Part shown: in pieces, positions 30,301 through 38,713 of the stretch | How positions within the stretch are numbered: position 1 is the stretch's first letter | How the letters are laid out: every line of letters begins with the position of its first letter | Source of the DNA: an uncultured virus (IMG/VR IMGVR_UViG_3300046804_004214) | Taxonomy: Duplodnaviria; Heunggongvirae; Uroviricota; Caudoviricetes | Length of the DNA: 64,000 nt | IMG/VR virus record: IMGVR_UViG_3300046804_004214 | Reading direction: 5' to 3' (one strand) | The notes under the pieces: model-generated | Told to the model about the DNA's origin: nothing | Seen by the model: only the letters and a program-made list of their open reading frames with translations | Database searches by the model: none | Position numbers and translations under genes: made by a program

Positions 30301-32238
30301 AGAAACGTCATCAAGTATAGTTACTCCACCATTATTTGAACCTTGAAGACCTTGAGTTCCTTGAAGACCTTGAGTTCCTTGAGATCCTTGAGTACCTTGA
30401 GTACCTTGAGTACCTTGAGTTGTTCCTGCAAGACCTTGTAAACCTTGAGTACCTTGTAAACCTTGAGTTCCTTGAGTTCCTTGAGTAGTTCCAGCAAGAC
30501 CTTGTAAACCTTGAGTACCTTGAGATCCTTGAAGACCTTGAGTACCTTGAGTACCTTGAATTCCCTGTAATCCTTGAGTGCCTTGTCTTCCTTGAAGACC
30601 TTGTAAACCTTGAGTACCTTGAGTTGTTCCTGCAAGACCTTGAAGACCTTGAAGACCTTGAAGACCTTGAGATCCTTGTAAACCTTGAGTACCTTGAAGA
30701 CCTTGAGTACCTTGAGTACCTTGAGTACCTTGAGTACCTTGTAAACCTTGAGTACCTTGAGCACCCTGAGTTCCTTGATTACTTAAACCTTGAAGACCTT
30801 GAGTTCCTTGGAGACCCTGAGTACCTTGAGTAGTTCCTGCAAGACCTTGTAATCCTTGAGTACCTTGTGATCCTTGTAATCCTTGTAATCCTTGAGTACC
30901 TTGTGATCCTTGTAATCCTTGAGTACCTTGAGTTCCTTGCGAACCAACACCCTGAGTTCCTTGAGTGCCTTGTAAACCTTGAGTTCCTTGGATTCCTTGT
31001 AATCCTTGAGTACCTTGAGTACCCTGAGTTGTTCCCGAAAGACCCTGTAAACCCTGAGTACCCTGAGTTCCTTGATTACTTAAACCTTGAGTACCCTGAG
31101 TTCCTTGAGGACCAACAATAAGACCAACATCAATCCAAGTACTTCCATTCCACACCCAAAGATGTCCTGTATCTTGAACAATATATCCATCACCAATACT
31201 TCCAAAATATGGAGTCGGTAAATTTGATTGTGTAGTAACACTTCCTACAATTCTTACGGATTCTCCTGCTACACCTTGAGCGCCTTGTAAACCTTGAGTT
31301 CCTTGAGTGCCTTGTAAACCTTGAGTACCTTGAGTTCCTTGATTACTTAAACCCTGTAAACCTTGAGTTCCTTGTAATCCTTGAGTTCCTTGTAATCCTT
31401 GAGTTCCTTGTAATCCTTGAGTTCCTTGTAATCCTTGAGTTCCTTGTAATCCTTGAGTTCCTTGTAATCCTTGAGTTCCCTGAAGACCTTGAGTACCTTG
31501 TCTTCCTTGTAATCCTTGAGTTCCTTGTAAACCTTGAGTACCTTGAGTACCTTGTAAACCTTGAGTTCCCTGAAGACCTTGAGTACCTTGAGTTCCTTGT
31601 AAACCTTGAGTTCCTTGAGTTCCTTGTAAACCTTGAGTTCCTTGAGTTCCTTGATTACTTAAACCCTGTAAACCTTGTGTTCCTTGTAATCCTTGAGACC
31701 CCTGAGATCCTTGTAATCCTTGTAATCCTTGAGACCCCTGAGATCCTTGTAATCCTTGAGTTCCTTGAGTTCCTTGCGAACCGACACCTTGAGTACCTTG
31801 TAATCCTTGAGTACCTTGTGATCCTTGTAATCCTTGAGTACCTTGAGATCCCTGAAGACCTTGAGTACCTTGAGTACCTTGTAATCCTTGAGTACCTTGT
31901 GATCCTTGTGTTCCTTGAACACCTTGAAGAGAAGCATCTAAAATGCTTACCTTGTATATTTCATCTGTTAAGTTATCATAAACCGCTATTAAATCATCTG
32001 GAGAAACAATAGAAGTTGAAGCAAGACCAGTAATTGCTCTTTTTCTTATTTTTCCATCAAAAGTATTCGCAGTTACAATACCAGTAAATAATCCGTCACC
32101 AACTACAGTTAGATCTGAGGTTGCGAGTGTTGTTCCTATTCCTACATTCCCAGTAATTTCCAGTACAGTTTGACTTTCAGTAAAGGAATTAATTCCAACT
32201 TGTAAGTATCTTTGGCGATTACTGAGATATTTTGCCAT
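27334..32238 (-). CDS. Collagen-like fibre protein (1634 aa)
   Basis: Four G-X-Q tracts separated by globular modules (hinge, VGIGT fibre motifs, gp9/gp10-like domain WQLKTTNYTAVTGD...TITLPATP); hydrophobic C-tail. Confidence 0.88.
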   Translation of the reverse strand: MAKYLSNRQRYLQVGINSFTESQTVLEITGNVGIGTTLATSDLTVVGDGLFTGIVTANTFDGKIRKRAITGLASTSIVSPDDLIAVYDNLTDEIYKVSILDASLQGVQGTQGSQGTQGLQGTQGTQGLQGSQGTQGLQGSQGTQGLQGTQGVGSQGTQGTQGLQGSQGSQGLQGLQGSQGSQGLQGTQGLQGLSNQGTQGTQGLQGTQGTQGLQGTQGTQGLQGTQGLQGTQGTQGLQGTQGLQGRQGTQGLQGTQGLQGTQGLQGTQGLQGTQGLQGTQGLQGTQGLQGTQGLQGLSNQGTQGTQGLQGTQGTQGLQGAQGVAGESVRIVGSVTTQSNLPTPYFGSIGDGYIVQDTGHLWVWNGSTWIDVGLIVGPQGTQGTQGLSNQGTQGTQGLQGLSGTTQGTQGTQGLQGIQGTQGLQGTQGTQGVGSQGTQGTQGLQGSQGTQGLQGLQGSQGTQGLQGLAGTTQGTQGLQGTQGLQGLSNQGTQGAQGTQGLQGTQGTQGTQGTQGLQGTQGLQGSQGLQGLQGLQGLAGTTQGTQGLQGLQGRQGTQGLQGIQGTQGTQGLQGSQGTQGLQGLAGTTQGTQGTQGLQGTQGLQGLAGTTQGTQGTQGTQGSQGTQGLQGTQGLQGSNNGGVTILDDVSTNSNWYVAISSVTSGIQTTLRVSSTRLQINPSTGSLGIGTIIDIIPYDTLNSGTLSFEGSAGQLFSITNNLTSGSIFSVNDVSGIPSIDVNADGTIQLAPYGTNERVGIGTTLPLAKLHVQGDVRVSGASTFGGLVELDSSLRDYYGNVGAAGSILVSTVSGVSWTTPSAAGLQGTQGTQGLQGTQGTQGRQGTQGTQGLQGTQGLQGTQGLQGLSNQGTQGTQGTQGLQGVQGLAGTTQGTQGTQGLQGSQGTQGTQGLAGTTQGTQGTQGLQGSQGTQGLQGTQGLQGLSNQGTQGLQGSQGLQGLQGLQGTQGLQGIQGLQGTQGTQGLQGLSGTTQGTQGTQGLQGSQGTQGVQGLQGLSNQGTQGTQGLQGSQGTQGLQGLAGTTQGTQGTQGLQGSQGVQGLQGLSNQGTQGLQGLQGLQGSQGVQGLQGLAGTTQGTQGTQGTQGLQGSQGVQGLQGLSNQGTQGTQGLQGSQGVQGLQGLAGTTQGTQGNQGNQGTQGVQGLQGPQGLAGTTQGTQGTQGLQGSQGTQGVQGLAGTTQGTQGTQGTQGTQGTQGPQGLAGTTQGTQGTQGTQGTQGTQGPQGLAGTTQGTQGLQGTQGIGSQGTQGSQGLAGTTQGTQGTQGRQGTQGTQGVQGLAGTTQGTQGLQGTQGTQGTQGTQGLQGLAGTTQGTQGTQGIGSQGTQGSQGVQGLQGLAGTTQGTQGTQGTQGLQGSQGTQGRQGTQGTQGLQGLSNQGTQGLQGLAGTTQGSQGTQGIGSQGTQGTQGLQGLAGTTQGTQGTQGTQGTQGLQGLAGTTQGTQGTQGRQGTQGTQGLQGLAGTTQGTQGTQGTQGTQGTQGLQGLQGSGAVSSWQLKTTNYTAVTGDKILANTAGGTFTITLPATPSSGNVVSIADANNWNVTNLTVGRNGSTIEGLVEDLILDVKGITVDFVYDGSTWEVYASVGPQGSQGVQGLQGVQGLQATQGTQGSSMRGLAIIAWLSPG
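27380..31927. repeat. 9-bp-period coding repeats (minus-strand CAAGGNNNN) in four tracts
   Basis: Tracts at about 31927-31267, 31110-30337, 29787-27750 and 27452-27380; plus-strand units such as ccttgagta, ccttgagtt, ccttgtaat. Confidence 0.95.
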
Positions 32239-32239
32239 T

Positions 32240-32581
32240 TTAGTTTAAAGTCTCAAGAATACTTGCTATAAACTTTATATTTGTCCCACTACTAGCAGAT
32301 ACAACTAAACAATCACTTGTTTCTAAAACCAATTTACCACTCAATAAACTTGCAGTATCATTTCCCGCAATAGGAAAATCCTTTAAAATTTCTGTAGTTA
32401 CAGCAATTCCTGCAATATTTCTTCTATGTGAAAAAGATATGGTTTGTGAGGTTGATCCAATATTTGCCATTTGGGCTAATAAAACAACTCCAGTATATCC
32501 AACTGGTGCTGTATAAATTCCGACCGGACTAGTTGGAACTACTGATGTAATTGTGTGAAATACATTTAACTGTAATGCCAT
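32240..32581 (-). CDS. Small fibre-associated / adaptor protein (113 aa)
   Basis: IYTAPVGYTGVVLLAQMAN...GKLVLETSD...SILE; lies between two fibre genes. Confidence 0.7.
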   Translation of the reverse strand: MALQLNVFHTITSVVPTSPVGIYTAPVGYTGVVLLAQMANIGSTSQTISFSHRRNIAGIAVTTEILKDFPIAGNDTASLLSGKLVLETSDCLVVSASSGTNIKFIASILETLN

Positions 32582-32586
32582 TATTA

Positions 32587-35500
32587 TTAATCTCCTCCTA
32601 GTGCAAGTATAAATGGAGTCATTGTTGAAAATAAGCTCTTAGCGTAGAAAATACCAGAAATAGTTCCGGTCTGCTGGTTAATCACAACACCATCGCCAAT
32701 TCTAAAATTACCTGTTTGGTCAGTTGTAGTAAATACAACTAGACCGCCATTTCTAGAATCAGTTTCATTTGCTTGGATTGGAACTCCACCATTTGCTGGA
32801 ACAGCTCTAGATATTTCTGTTCCGGATCCAATGTATTCTAAAGAATGACCAGATGCTAAAACTCTACTTTGTTTGTAGAAATAAACTTGAGTTCCAATGC
32901 CAACTTCATATGGAACAAAATCAGTCAATGTAATCGTACAAATTCCAGAAGAAACTGGAGTTGATTTTTCAATTGCAAAATACGAAGGAATTGGTAAAGC
33001 TGTAGCCTTAGCTGTATTTATTCCTGAATTAGGAGCACTAATTGTAACCCTAGGTAAAGTAGTATATCCTCTACCATTTGATATCATTTCAATATTAACA
33101 ACTGATCCATTTTTGACTTCAGCAACAGCTTGAGCCGGGATTCCCCAACTAGTTGATGGTGGATCTATAGTTACAAAAGCATTATCTCCATATCCAGATC
33201 CTCCATCATCTACAGAAATTTTTCCTATTGAATAATAAAGATCATTAAAAAATACAACCTGACCATCGAAAGGTCTAACAACATTAATCTGTGCTGTTCC
33301 CCCTCCATAATAAGTATGTGAAATAGTTGATACCCCGACATTGCACGAGAACATCGTGCTTGCCATAGAAACGGATGGAGTATTTAAAATACTTGTTCCT
33401 ATTCCCACAGAGGTAGAAGTTACTGTTGATATCAGATTATCAATAAATGATTGTACGTTAGCACAAGAATTTGGATCTTTATTTGTTGGATCTCCTGCGA
33501 TGGTTAAATCTTGATAATTTAACTGATTAGTGATCGCTTTTTTGGCATAAGTACCAACTGAATTAAAAGCTGTAGTAGACTCTGAAACTTCCCCTGTAAT
33601 TCCATTTATTAGTGGGTTTCCATTAGCATCAAAATATTTCTTTATAAATTCAATAACATTCTTATTTGTGTAATCTCTAACGTCTAAAGATAATGAATCG
33701 ATCAAATACCCTATATCTCTAAAACACTTATTGCCAGAAGATAAGAAAGATCCAGAATTTTCGCTGAATTCTAATAGATATGATTGATCTCCTTCTCCAA
33801 TTACAGTTGTAACTATTCCAACCAGTGTATCGATATTTGACTGAACATCGGTGCAAGAATCTGGATTTCCGGATGGATAAACTGTAATTGCAATTCCGGG
33901 TCCACCATAAGTGGCTGGTCCAGAACTAATTCCAACTTCCTTATAGTTTAATTGATTTGTAATAGCTTTCTTTGAATAATCCCTCAGGCTATTGAATGCA
34001 TATACTGATTGAATTCTTTCAGAAGTTCCAATACCAATGGGAGTAGCTCCACTAAAATAGAAATTGGTAAAATCTCTTGAATACTTATTTCCTCCAGTAA
34101 ATACATCTATAGAAACAGCGTCAACTAGATAACCGAGATCTCTAGCACAAATATTAGATGTTGAAATACCTAGATTATCATTAAAAGTACTCAATGATGA
34201 AGTATTTCCTGCACCTATGACGACCGTTACAATTCCTACTAGATTGTTTATATTTGATTGCACATCAAAACAAGCTCCAGGATCAGTATTTGCATATATT
34301 GGACCTCCACCACCATAAGTAGATGTTCCCGTAGAAATATTTAAGTTTGAATAGGCAGCACCAACAAGAGTATTAGTAATCGCTTGCTTCATATAATCTC
34401 TTGCTCTATGGAAAGCATAAATCGTTTCCTGTTCTTCCCCACTTAAAGATCCTGCTCCCGCCCCATTAATATACTGATTTGAAAACTCTCTAGAATATCT
34501 GTTACCTCCAGTAAACACATCAGTTGCAATTGCATCTATAAAGAATCCAAGATCTCTCTTGCAAGTTGTTGCTGTTCCACTAATACTTGGATACGTTGCA
34601 GCAGTATCATTCCAAGCAGAATCGACAATAACTGATTTATTTCTTTGAATTAATCCTGAAGCATCATAATATCTGTTTCTTTCATATGGATATGGATCAT
34701 CTGGGAAAGAGAATCCACTTGGAAATCCAACCGCAATAGATGCTAATGATTTATCGATTATTTCTTGTTTGTTTTTTTGGATTAATCTATAGGAATCGTA
34801 ATATCTGTATTTTTCACTTGACGCAGGATCTCCCGGAAAAACAAAGTTTGGATGATCAAGTGCTATTGATGCCAAAGATTTAACTTGTATTTCAGATTTA
34901 TTTGCTTGTATTAAGTTATAGGAGTCAATATATCTTCCTGGTGCTACCGTATCTACTTCAAAAATATAACCAAATCTTCCGCTTGGATAAGTAACGATAC
35001 CTGGACCAGAAGTGCAAGTAAATGCCAATCCGGATAAAGTTATTCCCATACCAACTGAGAAACTATGAGATCCATTGGTATATGCAGTTAATATTCCAGT
35101 TATATTATCATATTTTGCATATGAAATTGATAATGATGGTTGATTTAAATCAACTATAAATTCATCTGATATTGCACCTTTAGGAGAAGAAATTATACCA
35201 ACGTATTTTAAAGGTCCTACCCCATCGGCAACAAGACCATAGTTACCAAAAGAAGCATTTGAGTTCGTTAAATCACATGCTGCTCCACTTCCACAATATA
35301 CTGCAATGTCATTACAAATAGTAAATAAAGAAACTAATTGAGCATATCCTTCATTTGTAATTGAAACTCCAATTCCACCTTGATTGTATTGCGTATAAGA
35401 ATCAAGAACCATAGATCTTAATGGTCCTATTGCACTCTTTCCATCTATTTTTAAACCTATACTATTCTGTATAAAGTTTGTGCAATTTTGTATGTATGGA

Positions 35501-37914
35501 GATTGTTCGATATATCTGGGACTATTTGGATCAAATGAGAAAATAGCTCCAGTATTTGGTGGTCCAACAAAAGATACTCCAGTTACATAGTTTCCATTAC
35601 CAACATAGAATAAATCTCCTTGATTCTGTGGTGTAATTGATACCTCTCTGAGGTTATCTCCAACAATACTAACTTGATCCGGTAAAGTGATTGGATTATT
35701 TTCTATATAAGATCCAGCACTAACTTTAATAACCGTTCCTGATCCAGCTGCTCCAACTGCTCCTGAGATTGTTGCCTTTGCATCTCCAAGTCTTCTTCCT
35801 GTATTTGAATCGTTTCCATCTTTAGTTACATATAAAACATTTGGTACTTCTGGACCCCTATCAGATCCTTGAACTCCTTGGGTTCCCTGTAGTCCTTGAT
35901 TTCCTTGTAACCCTTGTGTTCCCTGAGTTCCTTGTAATCCTTGAACACCCTGATACCCCTGCAGTCCTTGAGTTCCTTGTAATCCTTGTAATCCTTGTAA
36001 TCCTTGAACACCCTGATCTCCCTGCAGTCCTTGAGTGCCTTGAGTGCCTTGAGTACCTTGAACGCCTTGATCTCCCTGTAGTCCTTGAGAACCTTGAAGA
36101 CCCTGAGGACCTTGGGGTCCCTGAGCTCCTTGAGGACCTTGAATTCCTTGATTACTGGATCCTTGTGCTCCCTGTAATCCTTGAGGACCTCTAATTGTTC
36201 CAACATCAACCCATTGATCCCCCTGCCAAACCCAAAGATGTCCGTTATCTTCCGATAACACACCATCGCCAGTTGAAGGTGGTTGTGGAAAATAATATTC
36301 ATCATTTGCATAAGATCCTGTTAAGTAGATTTGTGGATCTGATATTGTGACTGTTGGTACAGAACCAATAATTCTTACTGATTGTCCGGGAAGACCTTGA
36401 GTGCCCTGAAGACCTTGTATTCCCTGAACACCCTGATCACCCTTTACTCCTTGAGGACCTTGTAAACCTTGAGAACCTTGAAGTCCCTGTATTCCTTGAA
36501 CACCCTGAACACCCTGAACTCCTTGATCTCCTTGAACACCTTGAACACCCTGAGTTCCTTGTCTACCCTGACTTCCTCTCGTACCCTGAAGACCTTGAAC
36601 ACCTTGATTGCTTAAACCCTGAACTCCCTGATCACCCTGAAGACCTTGAGTTCCTTGTCTACCCTGACTTCCTCTAGCACCTTGAATGCCTTGATCTCCC
36701 TGAAGACCTTGAGATCCCTGTAACCCCTGAACACCCTGAACGCCTTGATTACTTAAACCTTGAACTCCTTGGGATCCTTGTAATCCACCTTCTCCCTGTA
36801 ACCCCTGAACACCCTGAACGCCTTGATTACTTAAACCTTGAACACCCTGAGTTCCTTGTCTACCTTGACTTCCCTGAAGACCCTGAACACCTTGATTACT
36901 TTTACCTTGTAATCCCTGTAAACCTTGATTTCCCTGAAGACCTTGTAATCCTTGAAGTCCTTGAGTTCCTTGAAGTCCTTGAGTTCCTTGTTGACCTTGA
37001 GTTCCCTGAAGACCTTGAGTTCCTTGTCTACCCTGAATACCTTGAACACCTTGATTACTTATACCTTGAATACCTTGATCGCCCTGAAGACCTTGAGTAC
37101 CTTGTCTACCTTGAGATCCTCTAGAACCTTGAATACCCTGAACACCTTGATCTCCTTGTAATCCCTGAACACCTTGATCTCCTTGTAAACCTTGAGTTCC
37201 TTGTCGTCCTTGGGTTCCCTGTCTCCCTTGAGATCCTTGAGTTCCTTGAGAACCTTGAACACCTTGATTACTTAAACCTTGAGTTCCTTGTTGACCTTGT
37301 GTACCTTGTAGTCCCTGAGATCCTTGTCTCCCTTGAGTACCCTGAGTACCTTGTAATCCTTGAGATCCTTGGGATCCTTGTAGTCCCTGAGTTCCTTGAG
37401 ACCCTTGAGTACCTTGAACACCCTGATTACTTAAACCCTGAGTTCCTTGTCTTCCTTGAGATCCTTGAGTACCTTGTAATCCTTGTATTCCCTGTGTTCC
37501 TTGAGATCCGGAAGTGCCTTGAGTTCCTTGTCTACCTTGACTTCCCCTTGTTCCTTGAACACCCTGATCACCCTGAAGACCTTGAGATCCCTGTAAACCC
37601 TGTATCCCCTGAGATCCCTGTAAACCCTGTACACCTTGATTGCTTAGACCTTGTATACCTTGTGATCCTTGGAGACCCTGAACACCCTGAGTTCCTTGTA
37701 AACCCTGTATACCTTGATTACTTAAACCCTGAACACCTTGAAATCCTGCGGTTCCTTGAGAGCCTTGAGAGCCTTGAGTTCCTTGAAAGTTTCCTGGTAT
37801 TCCCTGTGTTCCTTGAACACCTTGAATGCTTGCAGCAGATTGAGTTACACCTAATGTAGGTGTATACCCTACTGTGACATTATAACTAGTACTTGCAATA
37901 GATACTCTAGGCAT
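32587..37914 (-). CDS. Collagen-like fibre / tailspike with pectin-lyase-like beta-helix and inserted phycobiliprotein-like repeats (1775 aa)
   Basis: N-terminal G-X-Q tracts; VLYVTKDGNDSNTG...IKVSAGSY...SIVGDNLR beta-helix start; three CxRD[LI]G[YF] repeats. Confidence 0.85.
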   Translation of the reverse strand: MPRVSIASTSYNVTVGYTPTLGVTQSAASIQGVQGTQGIPGNFQGTQGSQGSQGTAGFQGVQGLSNQGIQGLQGTQGVQGLQGSQGIQGLSNQGVQGLQGSQGIQGLQGSQGLQGDQGVQGTRGSQGRQGTQGTSGSQGTQGIQGLQGTQGSQGRQGTQGLSNQGVQGTQGSQGTQGLQGSQGSQGLQGTQGTQGRQGSQGLQGTQGQQGTQGLSNQGVQGSQGTQGSQGRQGTQGRQGTQGLQGDQGVQGLQGDQGVQGIQGSRGSQGRQGTQGLQGDQGIQGISNQGVQGIQGRQGTQGLQGTQGQQGTQGLQGTQGLQGLQGLQGNQGLQGLQGKSNQGVQGLQGSQGRQGTQGVQGLSNQGVQGVQGLQGEGGLQGSQGVQGLSNQGVQGVQGLQGSQGLQGDQGIQGARGSQGRQGTQGLQGDQGVQGLSNQGVQGLQGTRGSQGRQGTQGVQGVQGDQGVQGVQGVQGIQGLQGSQGLQGPQGVKGDQGVQGIQGLQGTQGLPGQSVRIIGSVPTVTISDPQIYLTGSYANDEYYFPQPPSTGDGVLSEDNGHLWVWQGDQWVDVGTIRGPQGLQGAQGSSNQGIQGPQGAQGPQGPQGLQGSQGLQGDQGVQGTQGTQGTQGLQGDQGVQGLQGLQGLQGTQGLQGYQGVQGLQGTQGTQGLQGNQGLQGTQGVQGSDRGPEVPNVLYVTKDGNDSNTGRRLGDAKATISGAVGAAGSGTVIKVSAGSYIENNPITLPDQVSIVGDNLREVSITPQNQGDLFYVGNGNYVTGVSFVGPPNTGAIFSFDPNSPRYIEQSPYIQNCTNFIQNSIGLKIDGKSAIGPLRSMVLDSYTQYNQGGIGVSITNEGYAQLVSLFTICNDIAVYCGSGAACDLTNSNASFGNYGLVADGVGPLKYVGIISSPKGAISDEFIVDLNQPSLSISYAKYDNITGILTAYTNGSHSFSVGMGITLSGLAFTCTSGPGIVTYPSGRFGYIFEVDTVAPGRYIDSYNLIQANKSEIQVKSLASIALDHPNFVFPGDPASSEKYRYYDSYRLIQKNKQEIIDKSLASIAVGFPSGFSFPDDPYPYERNRYYDASGLIQRNKSVIVDSAWNDTAATYPSISGTATTCKRDLGFFIDAIATDVFTGGNRYSREFSNQYINGAGAGSLSGEEQETIYAFHRARDYMKQAITNTLVGAAYSNLNISTGTSTYGGGGPIYANTDPGACFDVQSNINNLVGIVTVVIGAGNTSSLSTFNDNLGISTSNICARDLGYLVDAVSIDVFTGGNKYSRDFTNFYFSGATPIGIGTSERIQSVYAFNSLRDYSKKAITNQLNYKEVGISSGPATYGGPGIAITVYPSGNPDSCTDVQSNIDTLVGIVTTVIGEGDQSYLLEFSENSGSFLSSGNKCFRDIGYLIDSLSLDVRDYTNKNVIEFIKKYFDANGNPLINGITGEVSESTTAFNSVGTYAKKAITNQLNYQDLTIAGDPTNKDPNSCANVQSFIDNLISTVTSTSVGIGTSILNTPSVSMASTMFSCNVGVSTISHTYYGGGTAQINVVRPFDGQVVFFNDLYYSIGKISVDDGGSGYGDNAFVTIDPPSTSWGIPAQAVAEVKNGSVVNIEMISNGRGYTTLPRVTISAPNSGINTAKATALPIPSYFAIEKSTPVSSGICTITLTDFVPYEVGIGTQVYFYKQSRVLASGHSLEYIGSGTEISRAVPANGGVPIQANETDSRNGGLVVFTTTDQTGNFRIGDGVVINQQTGTISGIFYAKSLFSTMTPFILALGGD
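35864..37828. repeat. 9-bp-period collagen coding repeats in two tracts
   Basis: Tracts at about 37828-36390 and 36190-35864. Confidence 0.95.
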
Positions 37915-38249
37915 TAGGTTGATACTGAGGGAGTTACTAGGGCCATTCCTTCAATGATCCTTTGTTTTTTATTTGTAGCAATAGAAGTTATTACAACGTC
38001 ATAATAGTATCTACCGGGAGTCAATTCATTGGTAATAGTGTTTGCCATTGATACTATTACTTGACCGGCGCTACTTATTATTCCGACTGTAAATGGAGAT
38101 GAAGTTAATGAACCTGGAAATTTTTTTATTTTTCCAACAGAGGTATAACCAGTTAAATTTATAGGACTTCCATCTGGATTTGTTACAGTGAAAAAATTTT
38201 CGTAATCAGTACCTTGTTCTATTGTTATATTTACTGATGGAACAGCCAT
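37914..38249 (-). CDS. Small virion adaptor protein (Ig-like / BppU-N-like)
   Basis: NITIEQGTDY, PINLTGYT, GRYYYDVVIT, RIIEG; TAATG-coupled to the fibre gene; late-type GATAAATA at 38268-38275. Confidence 0.7.
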   Translation of the reverse strand: MAVPSVNITIEQGTDYENFFTVTNPDGSPINLTGYTSVGKIKKFPGSLTSSPFTVGIISSAGQVIVSMANTITNELTPGRYYYDVVITSIATNKKQRIIEGMALVTPSVST

Positions 38250-38266
38250 TTCCTATATTTTTTAAA

Positions 38267-38707
38267 TTATTTATCTTCACTATTCAGTTGATTTTTCAGA
38301 AGTTTTGACAATTCTGCTGTTGATCCAACAAATAAAGCATTAGTTACATTTGTAGGTCCTTTTGATTGCTTTTCTTCTTCAATATCTTTTAATTTTTTTT
38401 GTAGGTCCATTAATTTATCGGTAGCATCTGCAACATTTTTTATCAATTGACCAGCTACTTCATAAGCTCTAGGCATTTCACTTTCTTGAGCTAGTTCTAA
38501 TATTCCATTTATGGCCTCTTGACCTTTTTCAATTAAAGAATATAAATTTCCTCTAGTGTATTCATAATCACTTTTTATGTCCTCAACTGAAGATGAAATT
38601 TGTTCTATCTTTTTTAAGTTCTGGTCAGAATCTGACAATATTTCAGTAGAAACTGGTGAAATATTAAAAGCACTATTTAAATCTTCAAACTTTTTACTCA
38701 TTTTCAT
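38267..38707 (-). CDS. g16: Terminase small subunit
   Basis: DYEYTRGNLYSLIEKG, PRAYEVAGQL, FVGSTAEL. Confidence 0.95.
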   Translation of the reverse strand: MKMSKKFEDLNSAFNISPVSTEILSDSDQNLKKIEQISSSVEDIKSDYEYTRGNLYSLIEKGQEAINGILELAQESEMPRAYEVAGQLIKNVADATDKLMDLQKKLKDIEEEKQSKGPTNVTNALFVGSTAELSKLLKNQLNSEDK

Positions 38708-38713
38708 AACTTA

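Noticed and set aside
27380..37828. Dense short repeats as a CRISPR array or satellite
   Set aside because: 9-bp period, no unique spacers, and fully in frame with Gly-X-Gln coding
27714..37859. Many alternate-frame and antisense ORFs (LKVLKV, LEYLE, STLSTL types)
   Set aside because: Shadows of the collagen codon repeat, with no independent start signals
21306..38249. Diversity-generating retroelement or invertase acting on the fibres
   Set aside because: No reverse transcriptase, recombinase or adenine-variant repeat pair is visible
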